Virus record (IMG/VR): IMGVR_UViG_3300028394_000057
Coordinates: 1 to 64,000 of that record
Length of the DNA: 64,000 nt
Reading direction: 5' to 3' (one strand)
DNA from: a virus
Position numbers and translations under genes: made by a program. The notes beneath the pieces are model-generated. The model had not been told where the DNA came from. It saw only the letters and a program-made list of their open reading frames with translations, and ran no database searches. Shown here piece by piece: positions 43,802 through 52,957 of this stretch. Numbering within the stretch: position 1 is the first letter of the stretch; each line of letters starts with the position of its first letter.

Positions 43802-44808
43802 TGACAACTATCGAAGAAGCAATGGCAGCACTAGACCCACGCATTCGTAAGCGTTTGACTAATGGTGTTGGATTTAAAACAGAATATCAGGCTACCCCTA
43901 GTTTTGGACTTAACCGTGCACTTAATGGTGGACTACCTATGGGCAGACAGGTATTGGTTTGGGGAAGCAAGTCTTCTGCTAAGTCTTCACTTTGTCTACA
44001 GATGGTTGCTCTGGCTCAGGAAGAAGGCAAGTTGTGTGCTTGGATTGATGCAGAGATGGCTTACTCTGAAGACTGGGCTAAAAGACTTGGGGTAGACACA
44101 GATAAACTTATTGTGTCACAAGCCAGAACTATTAATGAGATGGTTGATGTGGGAACTAACCTAATGAACGCAGGGGTAGACTTGATTGTAATTGATTCAA
44201 TTACATCACTGCTACCTGCTATCTATTTTGAAAAGGATACTGATGAACTTAAACAATTGGAAAATACTAAACAGATTGGTGCGGAGTCTAGAGATTTTAG
44301 TAACGCTTGGAAGATGCTTAATTATGCTAATAATAAAGTTAAGCCAACCCTTATGGTTCTTATTTCGCAATCTCGTAACAATATTTCTGCTATGTATACT
44401 AGTCAACAGCCTTCAGGCGGTCAGGCTACTAAGTTTTATTCATCAACGGTTATCAAGTTATTCTCTTCCGAATCAGACAATCAAGCAATTAAAGGCAAGA
44501 TTGCAATTGGCGATAAACTCATTGAAGAAAAGATTGGTAGGAAAGTTCGTTGGGAGATTCAATTTAGCAAAACATCGCCAGCCTTCCAATCTGGAGAATA
44601 CGATTTTTATTTCCGAGGCGATGTTGGCATTGATAGCATTGGTGATTTGGTTGATACTGCAGAGATGATGGGTATTGTAGAACGCACAGGTGCTTGGTAT
44701 ATCCTACCAGATGGAACTAAATTACAGGGTAGAGATAAGTTTGTGGCTCGTGTTCGTGAAGACTTGGACCTACAAGATGATATTAAGGCTAGGGTTGTTC
44801 GTGGGTAA
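43801..44808 (+). CDS. recA: RecA/UvsX-like recombinase
   Basis: LNRALNGGLP-GR, WIDAE, IVIDS and GAWY motifs. Confidence 0.92.
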   Translation: MTTIEEAMAALDPRIRKRLTNGVGFKTEYQATPSFGLNRALNGGLPMGRQVLVWGSKSSAKSSLCLQMVALAQEEGKLCAWIDAEMAYSEDWAKRLGVDTDKLIVSQARTINEMVDVGTNLMNAGVDLIVIDSITSLLPAIYFEKDTDELKQLENTKQIGAESRDFSNAWKMLNYANNKVKPTLMVLISQSRNNISAMYTSQQPSGGQATKFYSSTVIKLFSSESDNQAIKGKIAIGDKLIEEKIGRKVRWEIQFSKTSPAFQSGEYDFYFRGDVGIDSIGDLVDTAEMMGIVERTGAWYILPDGTKLQGRDKFVARVREDLDLQDDIKARVVRG

Positions 44809-44983
44809 ATACACAGTCTACACAGGTAAGTTTCCTTGTCATACATGCAGGGTAGAAGTAAAATCTGTAAGAGTATATCCATCAGACAAATTAATAACTT
44901 GGATGTGTCCAGACAAACATTTAAATGAAGTTAGTTTAAAAAACAATAAGAAGAAAGACTATGAGCGAGAGAAGCGAGAGTAA
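44801..44983 (+). CDS. Small Zn-ribbon protein
   Basis: GTG start; CHTC...CPDKH. Confidence 0.55.
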   Translation: MGKYTVYTGKFPCHTCRVEVKSVRVYPSDKLITWMCPDKHLNEVSLKNNKKKDYEREKRE

Positions 44984-45260
44984 GCGTATTGGTGCTAAAC
45001 AGCACAAGAACTCTGGCAGGGGTACTCACAAGGGCGATGCTTCTTGGGAAGGGTTTACTGTTGACTTCAAAGAGGTTGGCAAGTCCTTTACCCTGAATAA
45101 AGATGTTTGGGCTAAGGCAACTACAGATGCTATTCGTAATAATAATAACCCAGCAATTGTAGTTGTCCTTGGCGATACTGGAATCAAAACAAGACTAGCA
45201 GTCATTGAGTTGTCTTTGCTAGAGATGATACTTGACCTATTACCACCTGATAGTGTATAA
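44961..45260 (+). CDS. PD-(D/E)xK Holliday-junction-resolvase-like nuclease
   Basis: NSGRG--KGDA...VDFKE. Confidence 0.7.
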   Translation: MSERSESKRIGAKQHKNSGRGTHKGDASWEGFTVDFKEVGKSFTLNKDVWAKATTDAIRNNNNPAIVVVLGDTGIKTRLAVIELSLLEMILDLLPPDSV

Positions 45261-45286
45261 TAGAACTATAACATTAAGGAAACAAA

Positions 45287-45592
45287 ATGGAACAAACACA
45301 GACAACAATTGAACAGGTCAATGGTCTTACAGAGATTGCTGACTTTATGAATGATGAAGAACTGACTACTGCTCTTACCTTTATTGCTAAGGTAATTCTT
45401 AAGCCAGATATTCCCCTTAACGTTGCACAAGTAGAAATCGTTCGTTTGCAAGCAATTGCTGCGAAGATGTCTTTCAAAGCCACATGGCTTACTAACGTAG
45501 ATAAAGGAGACAGAGCGAAAAAGAATATTTACTACACCGCTGCAGAGGCTATTAACAACCTCGTATCGGCTCTTAAATATATTACTCGCTAA
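45287..45592 (+). CDS. Hypothetical protein
   Basis: 101-aa helical ORF with SD; upstream TTGACC-N18-TATAAT. Confidence 0.65.
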   Translation: MEQTQTTIEQVNGLTEIADFMNDEELTTALTFIAKVILKPDIPLNVAQVEIVRLQAIAAKMSFKATWLTNVDKGDRAKKNIYYTAAEAINNLVSALKYITR

Positions 45593-45598
45593 ATTATC

Positions 45599-46408
45599 AT
45601 GGCTAAAAATTTATTGCAACAAGTGATGCTCAAGAAGATTGATGCGAATCCAAATTCAAAACCTTCATTCCTTGACAAAGAAGCATTGATTGAAAAGATT
45701 AACTCTGGTTATACTGTCAATCGTGTAGATAAGTTTCAAACAAAGAAAACATTTGCACCTAGCACAATAGCATTCTCTCATGGAGAATGTCCACGCTATT
45801 GGTATCTAGCCTTTGAGGGTGCAAACTTTACAGACAATGCTGATGCTTATGGCGGTGCGAACATGACTGCTGGTACAAAGGCACACGAAAGAATTCAAGC
45901 AGCAATGGGCAATGTCCCTGGTCTGCTTGTAGATTCGGAATTCAAGGTAACATACGACAGCCCACCAATTTTTGGCTATGGGGATGTTATTCTTAATTGG
46001 GAAGACCAAGAGTTACTTGGTGAGATTAAGACAATGCCGAATGAAGGATTTGAGTATCGCAAAAGTGCAGGTAAGCCAAAACTAGGGCATATGGTCCAGT
46101 TGCTTATTTACATGAAGATTCTTAATAGAAGCAAAGCAATCCTGATTTATGAAAACAAGAACAATCACGAACTGTTGATTTTTCCTGTAGAATTAAATCA
46201 GTATATGTACGAGTGGGTAGAGAACGCTTTTGAATGGATGAGGAATGTTCGAAAGGCTTGGGAAGATAAAACCCTGCCAGAGAAAAATTATCGTTCTAAT
46301 TCAAAGATATGCAAGACATGCCCTATACAAGCGGCTTGTGCTTCTGCAGGTTCTGGAGAGATAAAAATTAAATCTCTGGAGCCTTTAAATGAAGAACAAA
46401 CACTGTAA
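45599..46408 (+). CDS. Cas4-like exonuclease
   Basis: CPR, GT--H, D...EIKT, Q-L-Y and C-terminal CKTC-----C. Confidence 0.85.
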   Translation: MAKNLLQQVMLKKIDANPNSKPSFLDKEALIEKINSGYTVNRVDKFQTKKTFAPSTIAFSHGECPRYWYLAFEGANFTDNADAYGGANMTAGTKAHERIQAAMGNVPGLLVDSEFKVTYDSPPIFGYGDVILNWEDQELLGEIKTMPNEGFEYRKSAGKPKLGHMVQLLIYMKILNRSKAILIYENKNNHELLIFPVELNQYMYEWVENAFEWMRNVRKAWEDKTLPEKNYRSNSKICKTCPIQAACASAGSGEIKIKSLEPLNEEQTL

Positions 46409-46688
46409 TTGGTGCGATAAGCAATTTCAAACTAAACTATCTTATCAGATATACTGCTCTGCTGAATGCAGGGAACAAGCAACTAGAGAAAAGATTGCTG
46501 AAAAATATTTAAAGGATAAGGTAAAGAAGCGTGTTGGAAAAGTCAGACTTTGTAAATCTTGTAACAAACAATTGTCAATCTACACCGAGGAAACTATTTG
46601 TCAAAATTGCGAGGTAAATCCAGATGACGTTAAAGACACTCTTAAAGAGATTAAGGATATCCTAAATGGTAAAACTAAACTTGACTAA
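46389..46688 (+). CDS. Cys-rich zinc-finger protein
   Basis: Four Cys pairs (CxxC/CxxxC). Confidence 0.65.
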   Translation: MKNKHCNWCDKQFQTKLSYQIYCSAECREQATREKIAEKYLKDKVKKRVGKVRLCKSCNKQLSIYTEETICQNCEVNPDDVKDTLKEIKDILNGKTKLD

Positions 46689-47241
46689 AAAACCAAAACG
46701 ATTCTGTGCTATTGATGCCAGTACAAACAGCCTAGCGTTTGCCATCTTTGACGATAATAAAATTATTGCTTGTGGCAAGATTAAGTTTGAGGGCGTGTCT
46801 ACCTATGACAAGGTTATGGATGCTGCTAAGAAAACAAAAGCCTTCTTTGATAAGTTTGATTTTGATACTATTATAATTGAACACACAGTCTTTATGAACA
46901 GTCCTAAGACTGCCGCTCAGTTGGCTATGGTTCAGGGAGCATTGCTTGGTGCTGCATCTATGGCTGGGGTAAAGAAGATTGGCTCAGTCTCACCTATGAC
47001 ATGGCAGAACTTTATTGGCAACAAGAAGATAACCAAAGAAGAAAAACACGAGATACAGAAAAAGAATCCAGGAAAATCTGTGTCTTGGTTTAAGAATGAA
47101 GAACGAAGTATTCGAAAACAAAGAACAATTAACTTTGTTAATATAAACTATGATAAGCAGTTAGACGATGACGATGTTGCAGATGCTTGTGCTATTGGTC
47201 ATTGGGCTTTAAAAAATTGGGACAAGGCGTTTGGATACTGA
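46666..47241 (+). CDS. ruvC: RuvC-like Holliday junction resolvase
   Basis: AIDAS, IIIE and DDVADACAI. Confidence 0.82.
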   Translation: MVKLNLTKKPKRFCAIDASTNSLAFAIFDDNKIIACGKIKFEGVSTYDKVMDAAKKTKAFFDKFDFDTIIIEHTVFMNSPKTAAQLAMVQGALLGAASMAGVKKIGSVSPMTWQNFIGNKKITKEEKHEIQKKNPGKSVSWFKNEERSIRKQRTINFVNINYDKQLDDDDVADACAIGHWALKNWDKAFGY

Positions 47242-47396
47242 TGGCTAATAAATTTTATACCAATGAGGCATGGCTTCGCAAAAGATTCCATGTAGATAAA
47301 AAAACTCCAGAGCAAATTGCTTTAGAGTGTGGCACTAGCGTAGAAACAGTCTATGTTTATTTAGCCAAGTTTAAGTTAAGGAAGTCAAAAAGATGA
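47241..47396 (+). CDS. Small HTH protein
   Basis: MANKFY...TPEQIALECGTSVETVYVYL. Confidence 0.65.
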   Translation: MANKFYTNEAWLRKRFHVDKKTPEQIALECGTSVETVYVYLAKFKLRKSKR

Positions 47397-47680
47397 AAAA
47401 AGTAAAATTAGTTAAACAAATTCAAACAAAATTTGACAAAGAAGATAGCCTAGAAATCGGCAATTTTACTATTGCTAAAGGTGATATCATTAAGATAGAT
47501 GGGGAACATGGCGTAAAGTTTATGTTTGAAAGTCTTGTTACCAATACAGAAACTGGTAAAATTTGGGTGGACTGCTTTGAAATGCAAAAAGCAAAGCCTA
47601 CCATATGGCGTTCTTTTACTCCAGACAGAATAAAAAGAATTCCAACAAAACGAGGAAGACCAAAGAAAAATGTCAATTGA
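47393..47680 (+). CDS. Hypothetical protein
   Basis: 95-aa ORF with ATGA overlap. Confidence 0.6.
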   Translation: MKKVKLVKQIQTKFDKEDSLEIGNFTIAKGDIIKIDGEHGVKFMFESLVTNTETGKIWVDCFEMQKAKPTIWRSFTPDRIKRIPTKRGRPKKNVN

Positions 47681-48203
47681 AGAATTAACAGTTGAACATC
47701 TCGATGAGATGAACAAGGTTGTGGAGAAGTACCTCCAAGGTGAAGAACCTACCCAAATTTCTAAAGCACTTGCACTACCACGTCAAAAAGTTGTAGCCCA
47801 CATTAATCAGTGGCGTGTAATGGCTTCTGACAATGCCGCTATTCGTGCTAGGGCAAAGGAAGCATTGGTTGGTGCAGACACACACTATAACAAACTAATT
47901 AGTAAAGCATACGAAGTTATGGATGATGCTACCACTGTTGCTAATCTTGGTGCCAAGACTGCCGCAATTAAACTTGTTATGGATATTGAAAGCAAACGTA
48001 TAGACATGCTACAAAAGGCTGGTCTACTTGAGAATAAAGAACTGGCAGAAGAGATGCTAAACATTGAACACAAACAAGATGTACTTGTTGGTATTCTTAG
48101 AGATATTGCAAGTGAGTATCCACAGATTCGTGACGAGATTATGCGTAGGCTTTCGCAGGTATCAAAAGAGCAAGAGGTTATAACCATTGTCAATGTTCAA
48201 TGA
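47670..48203 (+). CDS. Terminase small subunit (putative)
   Basis: N-terminal HTH and helical body; overlaps the large subunit start. Confidence 0.65.
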   Translation: MSIEELTVEHLDEMNKVVEKYLQGEEPTQISKALALPRQKVVAHINQWRVMASDNAAIRARAKEALVGADTHYNKLISKAYEVMDDATTVANLGAKTAAIKLVMDIESKRIDMLQKAGLLENKELAEEMLNIEHKQDVLVGILRDIASEYPQIRDEIMRRLSQVSKEQEVITIVNVQ

Positions 48204-49983
48204 TTTTCTTGAGGTACTAAAGAGCAACGTTTTTGCAGAGATACCAGTAGATGTTAAAACATTTGTTGAAGGTGAAGACTATTTGCAACAGCCACCACTA
48301 TCTCAAATTCAGTATGACATTGTTGAAGCAATGTCACAAATTTATAGACTAGAAGAGGTTATAGAACTACTTGGTGAAGAAGAAGGTCGTAGATACTACA
48401 AAAAATATACAAAGAATGAAGTAATCCTACAACTTGGAAAAGGTTCTGGTAAGGATTTTGTTTCTACTGTCGCTTGTTCCTATATTGTTTATAAATTACT
48501 TTGTCTTAAAGACCCTGCTCGTTATTTTGGCAAACCTACTGGAGACGCTATTGATATTATCAACATTGCTGTTAACGCACAACAGGCTAAGAACGTTTTT
48601 TTTAAGGGTTTCAAAAACAAAATTGAGCGTTCACCTTGGTTCGCTGGTAAATATTATGCAAAAGTAGATAGCATTGAGTTTAATAATGCTATTACTGTTT
48701 ATTCTGGACACTCAGAACGAGAGTCTCACGAAGGTCTAAACCTTATTCTGGCAGTGCTGGATGAAATTTCTGGTTTTGCTAATGAAGTTGGAACTGGAAA
48801 TGACCAAGGAAAAACCGCAGACAACATCTATAAAGCCTTCCGTGCCTCCGTAGACAGTCGTTTTCCAGACTTAGGCAAAGTAGCACTACTTTCTTTTCCA
48901 CGCTATCCTGGGGACTTTATTAGCCAAAGGTATGACTCAGTTATTGCCGAAAAAGAAGTGGTAATAAAGAAACATAAGTTTATTATGAATGCAGATTTGC
49001 CAGAAGACGCAGATGGAAATAGCCTAGATATTGAATGGGAAGAAGATAATATTTTGTCTTATAAATTTCCAGGAATGTTTGCTATTAAAAGACCTACATG
49101 GGTGGTAAATCCTACTCGTAAAATTGATGACTTTAAATTAGCGTTCTATACAGACCTGGGAGATGCCATGATGCGTTTTGCTTGTGTCCCCACCTACGCC
49201 TCTGACGCTTTCTTTAAGCAACAGGAAAAAGTTCGTGCTTGTATGACAATTGTAAACCCCATTGATTCTAATAAAAGTTTTATGGAATCATTTAAACCAG
49301 ACCCAGATAAAAAATACTTTGTCCATGCTGACCTTGCACAACGCCACGACAAATGTGCTGTGGCTATTGCTCACGTTGAAAAATGGGTAAATGTGCAGGT
49401 AGTTAAAGATTATGCCCAAGTAATGCCTATCGTAGTGGTAGATGCAGTAGTATATTGGGAACCAAAAGTTGAAGGTCCTGTTAACCTTTCAGAGGTAAAG
49501 CAATGGATTCAGAACTTGAGGAGACTTGGATTTGATTTGGGTATGGTATCGTTTGACCGTTGGCAATCGTTTGATATTCAAAATGAACTGAAGTCTGTTG
49601 GTATAAAGACTGAAACTGTTTCTGTTGCCAAGAAGCATTATGAAGATATGGCTATGCTTGTTTACGAAGAGCGTCTTGCTATGCCAGCCATAGAGTTGCT
49701 GTTTGAAGAACTAACAGAATTAAAAATTATGAGGGGTAATCGTGTAGACCACCCTAGAAAGTCCTCTAAGGACCTTGCAGATGCTGTATGCGGTGCTATC
49801 TTTGGTGCTATCTCTCACACTGTAAAAGACATGAATCAGATGGTAGAAATACATACATTTCGTGACAGAAAACCAACAGAAGAAATGCATGAGTTTGACA
49901 AGCGTAATATCATTCAACGCAATAAACCAGAGCAAAAAGATTTAGATGCATACTTTAAACAGTTCAACATAAATATAATGTAG
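48187..49983 (+). CDS. Terminase large subunit
   Basis: GKGSGKD Walker A; VLDE Walker B; HADLA, FDRWQS and DHP--SSKDLADA nuclease motifs. Confidence 0.93.
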   Translation: MSMFNDFLEVLKSNVFAEIPVDVKTFVEGEDYLQQPPLSQIQYDIVEAMSQIYRLEEVIELLGEEEGRRYYKKYTKNEVILQLGKGSGKDFVSTVACSYIVYKLLCLKDPARYFGKPTGDAIDIINIAVNAQQAKNVFFKGFKNKIERSPWFAGKYYAKVDSIEFNNAITVYSGHSERESHEGLNLILAVLDEISGFANEVGTGNDQGKTADNIYKAFRASVDSRFPDLGKVALLSFPRYPGDFISQRYDSVIAEKEVVIKKHKFIMNADLPEDADGNSLDIEWEEDNILSYKFPGMFAIKRPTWVVNPTRKIDDFKLAFYTDLGDAMMRFACVPTYASDAFFKQQEKVRACMTIVNPIDSNKSFMESFKPDPDKKYFVHADLAQRHDKCAVAIAHVEKWVNVQVVKDYAQVMPIVVVDAVVYWEPKVEGPVNLSEVKQWIQNLRRLGFDLGMVSFDRWQSFDIQNELKSVGIKTETVSVAKKHYEDMAMLVYEERLAMPAIELLFEELTELKIMRGNRVDHPRKSSKDLADAVCGAIFGAISHTVKDMNQMVEIHTFRDRKPTEEMHEFDKRNIIQRNKPEQKDLDAYFKQFNINIM

Positions 49984-50027
49984 TGGTATAATAGTTTTGT
50001 TGGACATTCCCAACAAGGAGACTACAA

Positions 50028-51968
50028 ATTAATAACAAAACCTCAAGATTTATACTAGCAATATTTTTAGCCTTTTTCTGTTTATTTTTTCCATCAACAG
50101 CCTCTGCAGAAACAAGGGCTGAATATGATGCAGTTGTAGCAGAAGCACAGGCTTTAGTTGATGCTACCAAAACCGCTTTGACAGTTGCTCAGGAAGCATA
50201 CCAGACAGCCTTGAATGAAAAGGCTACAATAGATTCCATGGTAGAGTCAAACAAAACAGTTTTAGATAATGCAATCCTAGATGTTGAAAGCAAGCAATTG
50301 CTGGTAGATAAAGCACAAGTAGACTTAGATTTGGCTAAGGAAAATTACAACACAAAATTAATTTCAGACCCTAATTGGACTAGACCTGATAAAGAGGTCA
50401 CACAAACTATTGACGTTCCATATACAGTTCAAGTTCCATATACGGAGTTAGTTCCAAGAACAGAACTTGTACCGAGAACAATCTTAGTTCCTAATACAAG
50501 GATGGAGTCTTATCTAGATTATGAGCCAGTTGAAGTCACAACTTTGGTTCCAGGTGGACTTACAGCAACTTCTTACAACAGACAAGGGTACAACAATGCT
50601 CCACCACTACCAACAGAAACAGAAACACCACTAGCAACTAAGAATGTTCCTAACATTGATTTCCAATGGGGCGGTGGCTTGGTCTTAAACTCTGGAAAAA
50701 CTGAAGATGTTTTAGTAAAGTTTGAAGGTAACCTAATGGTTCCACAAGATGGATGGTATAGTTTTTACGCTCCAGGAGATGACGGAGTTAAGTTAACAAT
50801 TGCTGGCATGAGCCTTATCAATGATTGGCGTGACAAAGGTGGAGGTGGCAGCACCTCACAAGAAGTATGGATTAGAGCAGGTGTTTTTTATCCAACCACA
50901 CTATACTATTATGAAAATGGTGGTGGAGCATGGGTACAACTTTATTCAAAAATTTCTGGTGGTAATATGCAAATTGTTCCTGCATCATGGTTTGGAGAAA
51001 GAACAGTAACAGAGATAGTATATCAACCAGTTGTAAAGTACTACGAGGTAACTTATTACACAGAGGAAATTGTTTATGATGAGGTAATTGTGTATGATGA
51101 AATTACTTTATTTAGAGAAGAAATTAGATATAGAAAAGAAGATATCATCATTGTTGTTCCAGATGAGGATGCTAGTGCTCCACTAATCAATAACCCAGAA
51201 CTACTGCTGGTTGTTGGTATAGCACAGACCAACTTAGATGAAAAACAATCTACTTTGTTATTTGCAATATCCGATAGAGATAAGTTGCAGCAAAACTACG
51301 AGTCTTCTTTGCTAGTTCAAACAGAAAAAGCAGGTATAATTGAAGTAACATCGCAGGGTGTAATAACAAAACAGGAGGAACTACTTGTCGCAGAACAAGA
51401 ACTACAAGCCATTCCACCTTATGAAGAGCCAACACCTACACCTACGGAGACCGAGGAACCTGTTGAAAAGCCAACAGAAGTTATCCCAGAGCCGCTACCA
51501 GAGCCAGAGCCGCCAGTGTCCCCCGAACCCAATCAACCTGAGTTACCAGTAGATATAGCCACGGTAGACCCACAATCACTTTCAAATGAACAAGTAGCAG
51601 AACTTATATCTGTAGCAAATGAAATATTAAATAATTCCGAGCAAGGCTCACCAGAGTATGAAGAAGCCCTTGACGCTTTGTTTGTTGCTGCTCAGGCAGA
51701 TGACATTGTAATCTCTGAAGAACTTGCAGCCATTCCAGGTGCAGCGGCTTTAGTTGGTGCAATTAACTTTATGGGTAACGTTGGTTCTGACATGTCTCCA
51801 AAGGTAAGAGAAGAATCTAAAAAGATTGTTGTAACAGCAGTTGTTGCTGTTGGAGCAGCAGTCAACGCAGCAACAGGAGCAGCATTATCTGCAGCAGCAC
51901 CATCAGCGGCAGCATCTGCATCAGCAGGTGGCTCAGGTGGAACATCAAGTACAAGGAGGAAAGATTAA
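50028..51968 (+). CDS. Secreted, membrane-anchored PA14-domain protein (probable ATT start)
   Basis: PA14 motifs (NIDFQWGGG, DDGVKL, YYENGGGA); open frame extends upstream of 50178 to a signal peptide behind SD AAGGAG. Confidence 0.75.
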   Translation: MNNKTSRFILAIFLAFFCLFFPSTASAETRAEYDAVVAEAQALVDATKTALTVAQEAYQTALNEKATIDSMVESNKTVLDNAILDVESKQLLVDKAQVDLDLAKENYNTKLISDPNWTRPDKEVTQTIDVPYTVQVPYTELVPRTELVPRTILVPNTRMESYLDYEPVEVTTLVPGGLTATSYNRQGYNNAPPLPTETETPLATKNVPNIDFQWGGGLVLNSGKTEDVLVKFEGNLMVPQDGWYSFYAPGDDGVKLTIAGMSLINDWRDKGGGGSTSQEVWIRAGVFYPTTLYYYENGGGAWVQLYSKISGGNMQIVPASWFGERTVTEIVYQPVVKYYEVTYYTEEIVYDEVIVYDEITLFREEIRYRKEDIIIVVPDEDASAPLINNPELLLVVGIAQTNLDEKQSTLLFAISDRDKLQQNYESSLLVQTEKAGIIEVTSQGVITKQEELLVAEQELQAIPPYEEPTPTPTETEEPVEKPTEVIPEPLPEPEPPVSPEPNQPELPVDIATVDPQSLSNEQVAELISVANEILNNSEQGSPEYEEALDALFVAAQADDIVISEELAAIPGAAALVGAINFMGNVGSDMSPKVREESKKIVVTAVVAVGAAVNAATGAALSAAAPSAAASASAGGSGGTSSTRRKD

Positions 51969-52147
51969 TGAAGAATTTTTTAAATGACCTACTGGGTCAA
52001 GCATGGACACTCCTTGGTATGTTTGTAGCATGGCTGGTCCTTGAGGGTTCAGCAAAAGAAGTTGTAGGATATGCAATCTTTGGAACATCAGTTCTATGGA
52101 TGATTACTTATCCACTTAGAAATCCAAAAGACAAGGAGGAAGATTAA
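51968..52147 (+). CDS. Small two-TM membrane protein (59 aa)
   Basis: MKNFLNDLLGQAWTLLGMFVAWLVLEG...; strong SD; TAATG coupling at both ends. Confidence 0.7.
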   Translation: MKNFLNDLLGQAWTLLGMFVAWLVLEGSAKEVVGYAIFGTSVLWMITYPLRNPKDKEED

Positions 52148-52434
52148 TGAAACTATTCGGTAATGTATTTATGCGTATCGTTGCTACGTTCGTTGCATCT
52201 GCACTTGGTGTAGTTGGTGCAGGAACAGTGGCAAGCGGTATAAGCGGAATTGATATCCCAGTTTGGTTTAGTGCTGTTATGGGTGGTATTTTGGCAGTAG
52301 CCAAGGTTGTAGAACTCCTAGCCCTAGCATTCCTTGAAGATGGCAAACTATCTCGTAATGAGATTAATGCTGCTTTCCGTCAGACTGTTGCTCTTAAAGA
52401 TGTAAAAGAAGATGTAGAAACATCAAAGAAATAA
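52147..52434 (+). CDS. Two-TM membrane protein (holin-like)
   Basis: Two hydrophobic segments and charged tail; near the endolysin. Confidence 0.55.
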   Translation: MKLFGNVFMRIVATFVASALGVVGAGTVASGISGIDIPVWFSAVMGGILAVAKVVELLALAFLEDGKLSRNEINAAFRQTVALKDVKEDVETSKK

Positions 52435-52435
52435 C

Positions 52436-52464
52436 TTGACAAACCTCTTTCAGTAGTTTATACT
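52436..52464 (+). promoter_or_regulatory. SigA promoter (TTGACA-N17-TATACT)
   Basis: Consensus match in intergenic gap. Confidence 0.7.
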
Positions 52465-52491
52465 AGATATAGACCTGAAAGGGGTTTTTCT

Positions 52492-52731
52492 ATGTCAATG
52501 ACTTTTGACGAATGGCTACAACATGGCTTAACACAAGGCTGGATTGGTCCTGCTGTATGCAGTACACACGATGGCGTTCCTACCACTAGAGATGAAGATT
52601 TAGAGTGGGAAACTGGAGACCCATGTATCCATGTACTAAGACTATATGAAGATGAAGCAACCAAGTTGGCTGTTGAAGAAAATCATGCTCCGTCTGTATG
52701 GCGAGCAACAAACAGTGGTTACACTGTATAA
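52492..52731 (+). CDS. Hypothetical protein
   Basis: 79-aa ORF; CSTHDG...DPCIH. Confidence 0.65.
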   Translation: MSMTFDEWLQHGLTQGWIGPAVCSTHDGVPTTRDEDLEWETGDPCIHVLRLYEDEATKLAVEENHAPSVWRATNSGYTV

Positions 52732-52742
52732 TTAAATAGTGA

Positions 52743-52815
52743 TGGGCATTAACTCAGTTGGCAGAGTGTTCGACTGTTAATCGAAATGTCCCTGGTTCGA
52801 GCCCAGGATGCCCAG
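52743..52815 (+). tRNA. tRNA-Asn (GTT)
   Basis: Cloverleaf: TGGGCAT/ATGCCCA acceptor, TTCGA-CTGTTAA-TCGAA anticodon arm, CCTGG-TTCGAGC-CCAGG T arm; no encoded CCA. Confidence 0.93.
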
Positions 52816-52819
52816 CAAA

Positions 52820-52891
52820 GCCACCTTAACTCAGCGGTAGAGTGCCATACTTGTAATATGGAGGTCAACAGTTCAAATCTGTTAGGTGGCT
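52820..52891 (+). tRNA. tRNA-Thr (TGT)
   Basis: Cloverleaf: GCCACCT/AGGTGGC acceptor, CCATA-CTTGTAA-TATGG anticodon arm, AACAG-TTCAAAT-CTGTT T arm. Confidence 0.92.
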
Positions 52892-52957
52892 CTGATGAAT
52901 GCTATAATAGTATTACTATGAGCAATCGTAGAATACATCTTGAAAGGAAGTATAATT

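Noticed and set aside
40189-49983. Inteins or introns in dnaE, recA or terL (also nrdJ and dnaB)
   Set aside because: Protein lengths are normal, frames are uninterrupted, and no intein C/HN termini or homing endonuclease motifs were seen
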